In this document: in pieces, positions 1 to 11,681 of the stretch
How the letters are laid out: each line of letters opens with the position of its first letter
Numbering within the stretch: position 1 is the stretch's first letter
Assembly: GCA_964016885.1 (NCBI GenBank)
Contig: OZ024742.1
Coordinates: forward strand, 286,316,001-286,380,000
DNA from: Eledone cirrhosa
Taxonomy: Eukaryota
Direction: 5' to 3'
Length of the DNA stretch: 64,000 nt
The notes under the pieces: generated by a model
Databases searched by the model: none
Told to the model about the DNA's origin: nothing
The model's input: the letters and a program-made list of their open reading frames with translations, nothing else
Program-made: the position numbers and the translations under genes

Positions 1-119
1 TCCACGTCAATAGGCGTCATTTTACTTTGGTCCATTCGTTTTACTTTTTGAACGATAGAATCTATTTCATATTTTATATATTTGGTTATAATAATTAAAA
101 TTTATTTTTCAAGGTTTTT

Positions 120-700
120 GATATGAAATCGTGTGTTGAAACAAATATTAAATTGTGCCAAACCATTATGCTGGTTTGAGAGCTGATGAGGGTGTAGATG
201 TGTGTAAACTTGTCTTGTATTATACATCACCTTTATTTATTTCCTTCTTCCAGTCACTTCTGTGCGCCAGCAGACTTATCCTTGTCTTCCTCCTCTTCCA
301 GTCTTTTCTATAATTCATCTGTCTGTCACCCACCTTGTGGATTGTCTCTCTGTTGACCACTGGCCGCTGGTTTTTGTCCTCTGAGGCATTTTTGGCCATT
401 GCTGTCTTTGACAGCACTTAGCTGCTTTAACGGCTGTTCTAGTGATGAGTTTTCTCATTTTTATATGTATTTAAATATTGTTATATTTGAGTAGGGTCAT
501 GCTGTTCTAATAGATTAATATTTATATTTTGAACTGTTTGTCAATCAATGATAAATATTGATTACCAGCTACATTATTTTTATAGATATACTGAAGAGAA
601 AGCCAAACCAAACAGTGTGTTTTACTATTTTTTGGCAATATTAGGACAACATGACCCTCCCTAAATATAACAATTAACATTCAACTCTAGACCCGTATTT
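120..700 (-). mobile_element. Degraded Penelope-like element remnant (GIY-YIG C-terminus-like ORF plus pLTR fragments)
   Basis: ORF 220-417(-) KTAMAKNA...DWKRRKTRISL...INKGD loosely resembles a PLE endonuclease C-terminus. 123-149 is the reverse complement of the tail at ~56933-56959. AACATGACCCTCCC..TATAACAAT at 648-673, with an inverted copy at ~477-503, matches the pLTR end at 56910-56936. Confidence 0.5.
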
Positions 701-805
701 AAACTATTTCATTATTGATTTCTTAGTAAAGAAAAGCATAAAAATCAAAAACATCAATCTTAAATGAATCTCTTTAGTATTTCAAGCCATCATTTATAGT
801 GAATT

Positions 806-1350
806 CAATAATTGTTTCTACTTTTGGCACAAGGCCAGCAATTAACCAGTACATTACTGGTACTTTATTTTATCGACCCCGTATGGATGAAAGGCAAAGT
901 GAATTCAATAATGCGTATTGATGATCATCATGTATTCGGTGGAGAAAGCAATAGCCAGAAGACGCCTACAATATTATAGACCCAATGTATCTTTCACTTT
1001 CCTTAATCGATACGTATGGACCCTAACACGGTGTGTCTTGAGCATTTTAAACCTGACGGAGCCCATCTCCTCCCCAGGTCTGAACATAGCCGATTTCTTC
1101 CAGAGAAGGAGAAGGGAAAGAGAGGGTGAGAGAGAGACAGAAAGAGAAAGAGAGTGAGTAATAGAAAGGAAGTGAGAAAAATCGATATAGAATAATCGGT
1201 CCCAGTACTGGAATGGTACTGTTTTTATCGACCTATAAAGGCTGAAAAGCAAAGTTGACCTTGGAATGATTTGAACACAGATCACAGAGAACCAAAAGGA
1301 ATACCGCAAATTATTCTACCTGACGTTTTAATGACTCTACCAATTCACTG
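806..1350 (-). mobile_element. tRNA-derived SINE fragments (OK-like family and the long variant with an internal (CT)n)
   Basis: Reverse complement of the recurrent body ctttgcctttcatcc..ggggtcgataaaataaagtaccagt..gctggccttgtgccaaaagtagaaacaattatt. The extension at 1040-1110 recurs at 58840-58900 and 62720-62790. Confidence 0.75.
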
Positions 1351-1464
1351 ACACCTTATACAAAATAAACAAACTGAAATATAGCTGCAAGTAAATCATA
1401 GTGAAACATAGTGAAGATTGCTGAACATACATAGAAAAAATATTCTGTAACTTTCAGTAAACAC

Positions 1465-1600
1465 AGGCATGGCCGTGTAATTATAAGACGTTCTCTTTAC
1501 AGGAGTCCCAGTGCGATGCATTTTGAGCAAGTGTTTTCTACTATAATATCAGATTGTGAGTGAAATTTGGTGGACGAAAACTGCACGAAAGCACTTCGTA
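1465..1600 (+). mobile_element. Degraded tRNA-derived SINE (second family)
   Basis: A-box-like ggcatggccgtgt, core ttgagcaagtgttttctactata, tail gtgagtgaaatttggtggacgaaaactg, followed by a microsatellite. Confidence 0.5.
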
Positions 1601-1818
1601 TATACACACACATATTACATATATTACACACACACATATATATATATATGTATATATATATATACGTGTGTGTTTGTGTGTGTGAGAATGTGTGTGCTCT
1701 TACATGCCTATGTGTTTATGTTTATCTGTTTATATATTATTCATTTTATTAAGGTTAAATAGTAAGTTTTGTTACTCTGGATCTATCACAGAGTCATCTT
1801 CATCATATATATAAATAA

Positions 1819-1863
<45 letters not shown>

Positions 1864-2275
1864 CTACATGATTAGAACTGTTTTATTCATTTTAAACGAC
1901 CAAGAAAAATCCATATATGGGGTGGGGCGTGTGTGTACATATACACACACAAAATAGAATCACGATACACAATATCATAACCATTTTGATGTGAGTGGAA
2001 ATCTTCAGATATGTCTCGAAGATGGCACCGAAATCTTCTGATGATACCGTTATCTTTTATGACAATTAATTTATCAAGAACTGACATTCACACTCACCAG
2101 ATGTCGCTCTGATCAACAAGGCGTTCATAAAATCTGTATTCTTCTGAATGTGTTGTGTGAGTTATTCAGATATAGGACAAACCTATTGTTCTTTTACTGG
2201 TTAAAGTTGTCCCACTTAAGAAGGAAGTCACTCCAACGCGGTGTTTTATTTATGTATGTGGTGTGTGTGTGTGTG

Positions 2276-2375
<100 letters not shown>

Positions 2376-2469
2376 CAACAGCCTTTAGGTTAAAAACCTA
2401 TTCTTATATATAGTACAGGACCTTGTCGTTGAACCTCTAGCGGCTTATGCTTGAGATTCTTTGTTCGCC

Positions 2470-3330
2470 AACCACCTCCTTAGTCACTGCTATAAGAATG
2501 GAGTTGGCCACCCGCAGTTAAACCACTGTCATGGGGCAGAGTCCTCAAACATTCCTTCAAGCAGGTATGTCTGAAGCAACCGTCTCCAACTGATCCGGCT
2601 GGATCCCCAAGCGAGACCAGTTGAGCTCATGGACGTTATCCAACCATCTTGCTCGAGGTTTTACCTGCCCCTGGGTCTCCAGCCGGTTGGTTTTGCCCGT
2701 AAAATCTGTCCTGCGAGTCTTTCCTGGGATATTCTAACCACATGCTCATATCATTGATGCAGTGACCCCTCAATTTGATGAAGTTGCAGCTCTACCTCTG
2801 ATCTCCGAGCTACGCACTCTATCGAGTAACGTTACTCCAAAGATACTTCGGAAGATCCCCATTTTAAACAATATATCCATAGTACCGGCTGGGATCCCAA
2901 GCAAGGCCAGTTGAGCTCATGGATGTTATCCAATCATCTTGCCGGGGTCTACCCCTGGGTCTCCTGCCAGCTAGTTTTGCCCGTAAAATCTGGCCAGCAA
3001 TTCTCTCTTGAGATCATTAAACCATTTATATAAATTCTTATGTAATTTTCATGTATTGTTTTCAATTAAAAAATTAACGAATGCGATTAGTATGTTTGAG
3101 CTGATTTTCTGGATATCTGCAAGATGGGTGTCAAATGTTTCGGCAGTAGCGGCTCAGAGTGACTCTCATCTCCGAGCTACACATTATGTCGAGTAACGTT
3201 ACACCAAAGACGCTTCGGAGGAACCCCATTTCGTCCGCTTTTATTCGCGATCGTATTGGTTCTGTGTTTACTCAAGATTCTTGACCAAATTATATTTAGT
3301 GGTCATCTTGTCTCTGGTATTGTTACTGGT
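2470..3330 (-). mobile_element. Degraded RTE-type LINE 3' fragment with internal tandem duplication
   Basis: The reverse strand reads like an RTE C-terminus (GKPRARWLDNVHELNWSRLGIQP). Segment 2595-2865 is repeated at about 2885-3230. Confidence 0.6.
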
Positions 3331-3403
3331 CAAGAGTTGTACACCTAATGTCTATATATCACATCTCCCTCCATATAAAACTACATCATTATTTGTTTTA
3401 TCA

Positions 3404-3597
3404 GGGGCGGTGAATTGGCATTATCGGTAGAGGGTCGGACGCCATGCTTTGATGCATAGAGTTACGGACCTTTCCATTCTGAGTTCAAATCCAGCCGAGG
3501 TTAACTTTGCCTTTGATCCTTATGGGGTCGATAAAATAAAGTACCAGTAATACACTGCCATAATTGCTGGCCTTGTGCCAAAAGTAGTAACAATTAT
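3404..3597 (+). mobile_element. tRNA-derived SINE (OK-like), near full length
   Basis: A box (ggtgaattggcattatcgg), B-box-like gagttcaaatcc, conserved body, aattatt tail. Confidence 0.85.
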
Positions 3598-4063
3598 TTG
3601 TTTTATCAGTCATCAGTGATAAAGATCATTTATATTTCCTATCTGTACCTCCTCTTCCTCTTCATGACATCTCCTCCTCATGACCGCTTCTCATCTTCAT
3701 CCTCCTCCATCTCCTCTTCCTCCCCCTCTTTCCTCCTCTTGCACTCCCCCTCTTTCCTCCTCTTACATTCCTCCTCTTTCCTCCTCTTGCATCCCCCCCC
3801 CTTCAGTTGTTATCTTCAATACTATGTTTCTATCAACTTATTCCTCTACTCCACTTATTTATTCTGAACTAATTAACTCCGATATGTTTGCAATAACCCA
3901 TACCCCTTCTCTCTCTCTCTCCCTCCCTCTGTCTCTCTTTGTCTGTCTACCTCTTATGTTTTCTCTCTTGTCCATCTTCTCTCTCCCTCTTTCTCTTTCT
4001 CTCTCTCTCCCCTCTGTCTCTCTCTCTCCCCTCTGTCTCTCTCTCTCTCTCTCCCTCTCTCTT

Positions 4064-4174
<111 letters not shown>

Positions 4175-4462
4175 TGCTCACCATCTCAATCTATATCTCT
4201 TCTATCCTACCGCTAATCTTAAATCCTTCAGGATGTCCGCCTGTTACTGTGACAGATGCTCGAGACAAACTCGTGACCCAGTTTTCATTCGTGACTAAAG
4301 CTATTTCACTTCACTTCAATCTAGTGAAAAGCATAAACTCCACAACTTCCCGTTTCCTTACCAATTTCAGCCTTAATTAAAATAATCGAATTGTTATCGC
4401 TATTTTCAATCAATGAGCAAATTAATTTATGCATATTGAGTAACATTGTCCATTGTATAATG

Positions 4463-4552
<90 letters not shown>

Positions 4553-4557
4553 AACAC

Positions 4558-4591
<34 letters not shown>

Positions 4592-4744
4592 TTTGAGTAT
4601 ATGTTGGTTGTTTACTGACACCTCAGTGTGCAGATTGGAGCACTCGACGAAGTATGCAGGTTGGTTTGTTTACTCCGGAGTAATGTAAAATAATTAAGTC
4701 AAATATGTAAAATTTGGCTTCGTTTATTATAAATTATAGATATA

Positions 4745-4797
4745 CTCTATATATATTTCGGTGACAGCCATCATTGGCTGTGACCTCTTCAGGCAAT
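4745..4797 (-). ncRNA. Minimal type I hammerhead ribozyme (core intact, stem I damaged)
   Basis: Minus strand: ttgc-CTGAAGA-ggtcacagccaatgatggctgtcacc-GAAA-tatatata-gag. Confidence 0.65.
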
Positions 4798-4928
4798 CCG
4801 AATTGGTGTGGGAAAGACAGGTACACATGTTGTTGAAGTGTGTTTTACTCCGTCAATACATCGATATATTGACGGAGTAAAACACACTTCAACAACATGT
4901 GTACCTGTCTTTCCCACACCAATTCGGA

Positions 4929-4981
4929 CTGCCTAAAGAGGTCACAGCCAATGATGGCTGTCACCGAAATATATATAGCAG
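4929..4981 (+). ncRNA. Hammerhead ribozyme motif with a G5A core substitution (probably inactive)
   Basis: ctgc-CTAAAGA-ggtcacagccaatgatggctgtcacc-GAAA-tatatata-gcag. Confidence 0.6.
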
Positions 4982-5033
4982 TATATCTATAATTTATAAT
5001 AAGCGAAGCCAAATTTTACATATTTGACTTAAT

Positions 5034-5064
<31 letters not shown>

Positions 5065-5106
5065 CGATATTAATAAATGGAAACTATATTTATAAAACCA
5101 TATTTA

Positions 5107-5167
5107 TTTCATTATACATATTTCAGGGATACCACATTAAATTATGGTATGCCTTCATCAGACAAAA
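5107..5167 (-). ncRNA. Minimal type I hammerhead ribozyme
   Basis: Minus strand: ttttgt-CTGATGA-aggcataccataatttaatgtggtatccct-GAAA-tatgtata-atgaaa. Confidence 0.7.
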
Positions 5168-5260
5168 TACAATATATAACAGTTTTACGAATAGATTTGA
5201 CGTACCCTTTAAAATACAACCATTACTTTTGGAGGCTGTTATATATTGTTATATATTGTA

Positions 5261-5321
5261 TTTTGTCTGATGAAGGCATACCATAATTTAATGTGGTATC
5301 CCTGAAATATGTATAATGAAA
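5261..5321 (+). ncRNA. Minimal type I hammerhead ribozyme
   Basis: CTGATGA at 5267, stem II aggcataccat/gtggtatccct, GAAA at 5304, short stem III tatgtata. Confidence 0.72.
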
Positions 5322-5454
5322 TAAATATGGTTTTATAAATATAGTTTCCATTTATTAATATCTTATATCTACTCCAAAAATTTGTCGAGTGCTTTATATC
5401 AGTTATAAAAATATTTACTTGTTGTATCCCAACAACTTTAAATAGAACTTTTGC

Positions 5455-5502
<48 letters not shown>

Positions 5503-5505
<3 letters not shown>

Positions 5506-6125
5506 GGTAGTAATAATAATATTATTAATTGGAGTATTAAAACTGCTTTACCGGATGGTTAAAAGCTCACGCAGAGCTGTTATATACCAATTAAAAACTA
5601 ACAGGCATTGTCAAACTGACATATGTTTCTGCCCACCTAAATTCAACCTAATTAAAACATTACAATTAAAAATTGAAAATGTTTTAATTTTATAGTTTTA
5701 TAACTTAACACTCGGGTGTTGATTCAAGGGCGACATCATCAGAGATGGTGACATGAATGGGCCTTTTTCTTTTTCTCTAACGTTTTTTTTTTCCTTTCCG
5801 CCACTACTCGTCTTTTCAATCTTTCTATTTCTTCTTTAATTTCACATTCTATTTTCTGATGAAGGACTAGCGTCCGAAACGTTAAGACTATTTTCCTACT
5901 ATGTTAAAAGTAAAACTAATAATATATTTCTTTATTGTACTGTGTCATTTGCTTTGTTATTTCTGTTAGCCTTTTGCATATATATTCGAAAGAAACAAAA
6001 AAAAAAGTAGCTTTTTCGTTGCCTTCATCTTACCGTCCATTTTGCATTGTTTAGCTTTCTTACATATATCACTTTGCACATAATATATTATATACAATGC
6101 TTCAAGCGAACTACAACATTTAAAT
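5503..6125 (+). mobile_element. Penelope-like pLTR fragment with hammerhead and conserved tail
   Basis: Lies between (TA)n tracts, contains the hammerhead at 5850, and ends with the shared ACAATGCTTCAAGCGAACTACAAC tail motif. Confidence 0.55.
5850..5891 (+). ncRNA. Minimal type I hammerhead ribozyme (Penelope type)
   Basis: CTGATGA-a-ggac-tagc-gtcc-GAAA-cgtta. The palindromic AACGTT stem III is typical of PLE hammerheads. Confidence 0.75.
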
Positions 6126-6147
6126 ATGATATATACATATATATATA

Positions 6148-6316
6148 CACTGTAAATGTGGTTGGTGTTAGGAAGGGCATCCAACTGTAGAAAACCTGCC
6201 AGACAGTCCTATGCGAGCAAGACAATCACTCTTGCCTCAAGTGGGACTACCCCCGTCCAAACCCATGCAAGCGTGGAACACGGACGTTAAACGTTGATGA
6301 TGATGATGATGATGAT
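6148..6316 (+). mobile_element. Short 3' end of the RTE LINE with (ATG)n tail
   Basis: Close reverse-complement match to 17141-17302. It ends in gatgatgatgat. Confidence 0.9.
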
Positions 6317-6336
6317 ATATATATATATATATATAT

Positions 6337-7030
6337 AGTGAAAAATGGAACGGGAACAAAACAGAGAGGCAGTACGAACAAAGGTTTATTAGTTTCACGC
6401 TCTTGAGAGTGGGGGTGGGGGGTGGGAACGACGTTTCGGGTATAAGCCCTTCTTCAGGCGAAAAGTGTGGGAAGAGAGTTCCGAGGGTGTGTAGGGGAGT
6501 GGGGGAGAGACATTTAGAAAAAGAGGGGGAGGAAAAACGGGGGAAGGGGTACAAATAAAAATAAATATTAAAAAAATAAAAATAAAATTAAACATGAAGA
6601 TAAACAAGTGGTGGAAGGGTGTGGGGGCGTGTAGGGGTGGCGGCGGGTGGAGTGGGAAGAGGGAGGCGGGGTGCCCGAGCGGGCAGGGCTGAAGGTGGTG
6701 TATGTGTGTAGGTGTACTTGTGTGTGTGTGTGTGTGTGTATGTGAATGTGAGAGTTGGGGGAAGAACGAGGTTCCATGTTTAGGAAAAGTTGTATGTGTG
6801 GGGTGGGGTGTAGGTCGGTGTGTGTGTGTGCGCGTGTGGATGGGGAGGGGTCAGAGGGGGGAGGATTCCGGAGGCTGAGTGTGTATATATGTGGGGGTAC
6901 GCACGTGTGTGTGGTGTTTATACGTATTGTGGATGTATGTGGAGTGGTGGGGAAAAAATGTTTGTGAGTGTATGTCCGTGGGTAAGTTCCTAAGGCAGTT
7001 CCGTAGAGGGTATATATACACGTATATCGT
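6337..7030 (-). mobile_element. Penelope-like pLTR / 3' region
   Basis: Abuts (TA)n. The minus strand has a hammerhead followed by AATAAA (6385-6390) and a C/A-rich low-complexity upstream region, as in the other PLEs here. Confidence 0.55.
6424..6462 (-). ncRNA. Minimal type I hammerhead ribozyme
   Basis: Minus strand: cgc-CTGAAGA-agggcttataccc-GAAA-cgtc-gtt, with a GUC cleavage triplet. Stem I is weak. Confidence 0.65.
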
Positions 7031-7487
7031 AATCCTTATTCGAATGATATATTGGTCACATTTATAAAATAATCTGGAGAATTCGTTGTCACATTTCATT
7101 TCCTAGCTTACTGTTTTTGTGAACTGTTGTGTCAGACGAGATCGACAACAGCTATATTTTTAAACTTAATACCATCACCCATTCTCTAATATATCAAACT
7201 ACGATAACAGCTACCAATTGTTTGCACACGACACATTTTTTTGTAGCGCCTGCATCCCTGAGAAAATCTTAACCTTAAAAGAAAATACAAAGACCCTGAA
7301 TAAAATACCCAAATTAATTTATTCTTATCCATGCCTTGTCAGGGACCCTTAATTCCTAATATATTCGTAGAGATACCATCTTGACATACGCCATCTCTTG
7401 CTTGGGTATTTAAACCGGGCAGAGCCCATCCATTTTCTGGTCTGGACTCAGACGATTTAAGCACAAGACCAACGATTTTTTTTTGTG

Positions 7488-8026
7488 TGTATTACTGGTA
7501 CTTTATTTTATCGACCCCGAAAGGTTGAAAGGTAAAGCTGACGTCAGCAGTCATTATTACTTAACTTTGCTTTTCATCCTTAGGGGGTCGATAAAATAAA
7601 GTACCAGTAATGTACTGAAATATTTCCTGGCCTTGTGCCAAAAGTAGAAATAATTATTACTTACTGTAATAATAATAGTTTCTGATTTAGGCACAAAGCC
7701 AACAATTTCTTGAGAGAGAGGAGGAGAAAGTCGATTAAATCGACCTCCAGTGCATTGCTGGGGCTTTATTTTTTCCACCCATAAGCATGAAAGGCAAAGA
7801 GCTAACCGCAAAAGCATGTTGGCCGACGCTCTAACGATACTGCCAATCAACCACCTTTAAAATAGGGTTTCTGATTTAGTCACAAGGCCAAGAATTTTTT
7901 TTTTATGAGGATAGGGGTGGAAAGTCGATTACGTCGACCCCAGTGCGTTAATGGTACTTTATTTTGTCGACCCCGTAAGGATGAACGGCAAAGATAACCC
8001 CGGTATGATTTGAAAACTCAGAACGT
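7488..8026. mobile_element. Cluster of OK-like SINE fragments in both orientations
   Basis: About four partial copies of the recurrent SINE body. Confidence 0.8.
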
Positions 8027-9363
8027 ATTACTATTATATCAGCTAACACTGACAGACTCACATAGATGGTGATATAGAACGTATTACTATTATATCAGCT
8101 AACATTGACAGACTCACATAGATGGTGATATAGAACGTATTACTATTATATCAGCTAACACTGACAGACTCCCATAGATGGTGATATAGAACGTATTACT
8201 ATTATATCAGCTAACACTGACAGACTCACATAGATGGTGATATAGAACGTATTACTATTATATCAGCTAACACTGACAGACTCCCATAGATGGTGATATA
8301 GAACGTATTACTATTATATCAGCTAACACTGACAGACTCACATAGATGGTGATATAGAACGTATTACTATTATATCAGCTAACACTGACAGACTCACATA
8401 GATGGTGATATAGAACGTATTACTATTATATCAGCTAACACTGACAGACTCACATAGATGGTGATATAGAACGTATTACTATTATATCAGCTAACACTGA
8501 CAGACTCCCATAGATGGTGATATAGAACGTATTACTATTATATCAGCTAACACTGACAGACTCACATAGATGGTGATATAGAACGTATTACTATTATATC
8601 AGCTAACACTGACAGACTCACATAGATGGTGATATAGAACGTATTACTATTATATCAGCTAACACTGACAGACTCACATAGATGGTGATATAGAACGTAT
8701 TACTATTATATCAGCTAACACTGACAGACTCCCATAGATGGTGATATAGAACGTATTACTATTATATCAGCTAACACTGACAGACTCACATAGATGGTGA
8801 TATAGAACGTATTACTATTATATCAGCTAACACTGACAGACTCCCATAGATGGTGATATAGAACGTATTACTATTATATCAGCTAACACTGACAGACTCC
8901 CATAGATGGTGATATAGAACGTATTACTATTATATCAGCTAACACTGACAGACTCCCATAGATGGTGATATAGAACGTATTACTATTATATCAGCTAACA
9001 CTGACAGACTCACATAGATGGTGATATAGAACGTATTACTATTATATCAGCTAACACTGACAGACTCCCATAGATGGTGATATAGAACGTATTACTATTA
9101 TATCAGCTAACACTGACAGACTCCCATAGATGGTGATATAGAACGTATTACTATTATATCAGCTAACACTGACAGACTCCCATAGATGGTGATATAGAAC
9201 GTATTACTATTATATCAGCTAACACTGACAGACTCACATAGATGGTGATATAGAACGTATTACTATTATATCAGCTAACACTGACAGACTCACATAGATG
9301 GTGATATAGAACGTATTACTATTATATCAGCTAACACTGACAGACTCACATAGATGGTGATAT
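8020..9363. repeat. 56-bp minisatellite, about 24 copies
   Basis: Unit agaacgtattactattatatcagctaacactgacagactc(a/c)catagatggtgatat. The phase recurs every 280 bp (5x56). Confidence 0.97.
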
Positions 9364-9523
9364 GTAGGGGTAAGATGGTGATATGTAGGCGTAAGATGTA
9401 GGAGATGGAGATGTTTTCGAATAATTCTTCGTTGACTTTTAGATGTAACGATAACGATGACTAATGCAAACTGTCTGCAAAGATCTGCTTTCCATGAGTA
9501 TCTTTGTATGCGTGAGTGTGCAA

Positions 9524-9560
<37 letters not shown>

Positions 9561-9562
9561 AG

Positions 9563-9632
<70 letters not shown>

Positions 9633-9845
9633 TATGATGATTTCTCCAGTTGATGAAACATATGATGAAACCATATGATGAAACAGTTCTAGTCCTAGTC
9701 CTGGAGAAGCCTTTTCTATATTAAATATTTATACTCTGCTTTGTATTGAGTACCTTACTTACTGTGGTCATCCCCGATTTACCCGCAATAAACTTATATA
9801 TAAGAATATTTTCGAAACAGCGAGCGGGTTTGAAATTATTAGAAA

Positions 9846-10064
9846 TATAAGCTATCGCCGTATTTCGACTAAAGAAATTAAAGAAATTATTTAGCCTGAT
9901 AGTGGGGTTAAGAACCCTCGGAGAAATGGAAAAAGATGAGTATTGACGTACATGGGTAGACGACCCATGTACGTCAATACTCATCTTTTTCCATTTCTCC
10001 GAGGGTTCTTAACCCCACTATCAGGCTAAATAATTTCTTTAATTAGTCAAAATACGGCGATAAA

Positions 10065-10070
<6 letters not shown>
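9846..10070. repeat. Long hairpin / palindromic element next to (TA)n
   Basis: Arms of about 105-110 bp around a 5-nt loop (9958-9962), with a small indel between the arms. Confidence 0.9.
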
Positions 10071-10101
<31 letters not shown>

Positions 10102-10281
10102 CCCACTCTACTACCCTAAGTATTGAGTACTTTGGTGCGTTATGGTCCACCTGGTTCCTTACCACATTTCCTTCGTTATATATATGTGTATATATATATA
10201 TATTGTACTTAATATTACCTATGATGATCTGAGAGTATATATATATATATATTGTACTTAATATTACCTATGATGATCTGA

Positions 10282-10343
<62 letters not shown>

Positions 10344-10530
10344 CTCTTAGTTGAGTAATATTTTGACACATATAACCGAAGTACTTTTCGTTTACAGATC
10401 CCAGATACACAGGGATTTCTGTGTGTGGGAGTCAAAATATGTCAGATATAATTTATGTATATATGTAAATACATATGTATGTATATATGTTTGTATGTAT
10501 GTCGTGTGTGTGTATGTTTGTGTTTGTATG

Positions 10531-10606
<76 letters not shown>

Positions 10607-10762
10607 CGTGTGTATGTTTGTTTGTATATATATATGTAGGTATGTATGTTGTATTTATGTATGAATGTATACATATATGTATGTATGTATGTTTGTGTGT
10701 ACGTGTATGGGATTGGCGCCTGAGCTCGGCTCTGTATGTTTATATGTATATATGTAAGCATG

Positions 10763-10807
<45 letters not shown>

Positions 10808-11074
10808 ATATGTTTGTTTGTATGATATGTAGGTATGTATGTAACCCATGTATGTATGTATCAGGGATTGACGCCAGTGCTCGGGTTTGTGTGCGTATGT
10901 ATGTGTGTGTGTATGTGTGTGTGCATCCGTGTATGTGGGTGTGCATGTGTGTGTATGTATGTGTGTGTGTATGTGTGTGTGTGAACTGTAGTGAAGGTGT
11001 TTGTTTTGAGTGTCTGTTCCTATATTTGCGTGTTTCGTGACTTTAGTTTGGTGTCTTTGTTGAACGAGAAGTGT

Positions 11075-11129
<55 letters not shown>

Positions 11130-11265
11130 ACAGGATCTCCTTGTATTTACATAAGTATATTGAGAATATTTGTCGAGACTTTTATACCATATGATAATGT
11201 GGAGGTGTATCTATTGACATAAGCTTTGGTTGATTGTATGTTTATCTGTATATACATGTATGTAT

Positions 11266-11340
<75 letters not shown>

Positions 11341-11416
11341 TATATATGTATGTGTGTATATATATATACTCATATACGCTTACATGTATATGTATATATA
11401 TATATATATATGTATA

Positions 11417-11487
<71 letters not shown>

Positions 11488-11681
11488 ACATGTATATATA
11501 TGAGTGTATGTGTGTATGTGTGTGCATGTGTGTGTGTGTGTGTAGGAGCAAACCAGTTTATTAAAACACTGATTCATCAAGCAACTGTGAAATGTGTTTA
11601 CAGCTGAGTCTTATTTCCCCTGATGTTCAGCTCCTATTTATATAAATATCAAACAGAACAATTGCCAAGCTACCTCTACTT

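Larger units (their letters stand above)
4590..5040. mobile_element. ORF-less palindromic Penelope-derived mini element (family A), with a hammerhead motif in each arm
   Basis: Near-perfect palindrome 4686-5040 centred at ~4863, a unique tail at 4590-4685, and (TA)n on both sides. The same pLTR sequence occurs at 21657-21870 and 27230-27549. Confidence 0.8.
5065..5456 (+). mobile_element. ORF-less Penelope-derived mini element (family B): inverted pLTR, spacer, pLTR, tail
   Basis: Inverted arms ~5066-5180 and ~5245-5361, each with a hammerhead core. Tail to ~5456 and (TA)n flanks. The same family occurs at 49925-50235. Confidence 0.8.

Noticed and set aside
183-210. Hammerhead at CTGATGAggg
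   Set aside because: There is no stem II or GAAA at a suitable distance.
8020-9363. CRISPR-like array
   Set aside because: Units are contiguous and near-identical with no unique spacers, there are no cas genes, and the context is eukaryotic.
10200-10285. C/D-box snoRNA (ATGATGA...CTGA), duplicated
   Set aside because: The boxes are adjacent with no guide region or terminal stem. It is only a short tandem duplication between (TA)n tracts.
10351-11607. Long ORFs rich in YI/CV/HT (also at 16.5-17.2 kb, 47.8-48.5 kb and elsewhere)
   Set aside because: They are translations of (TA)n, (TG)n and (GA)n microsatellites.
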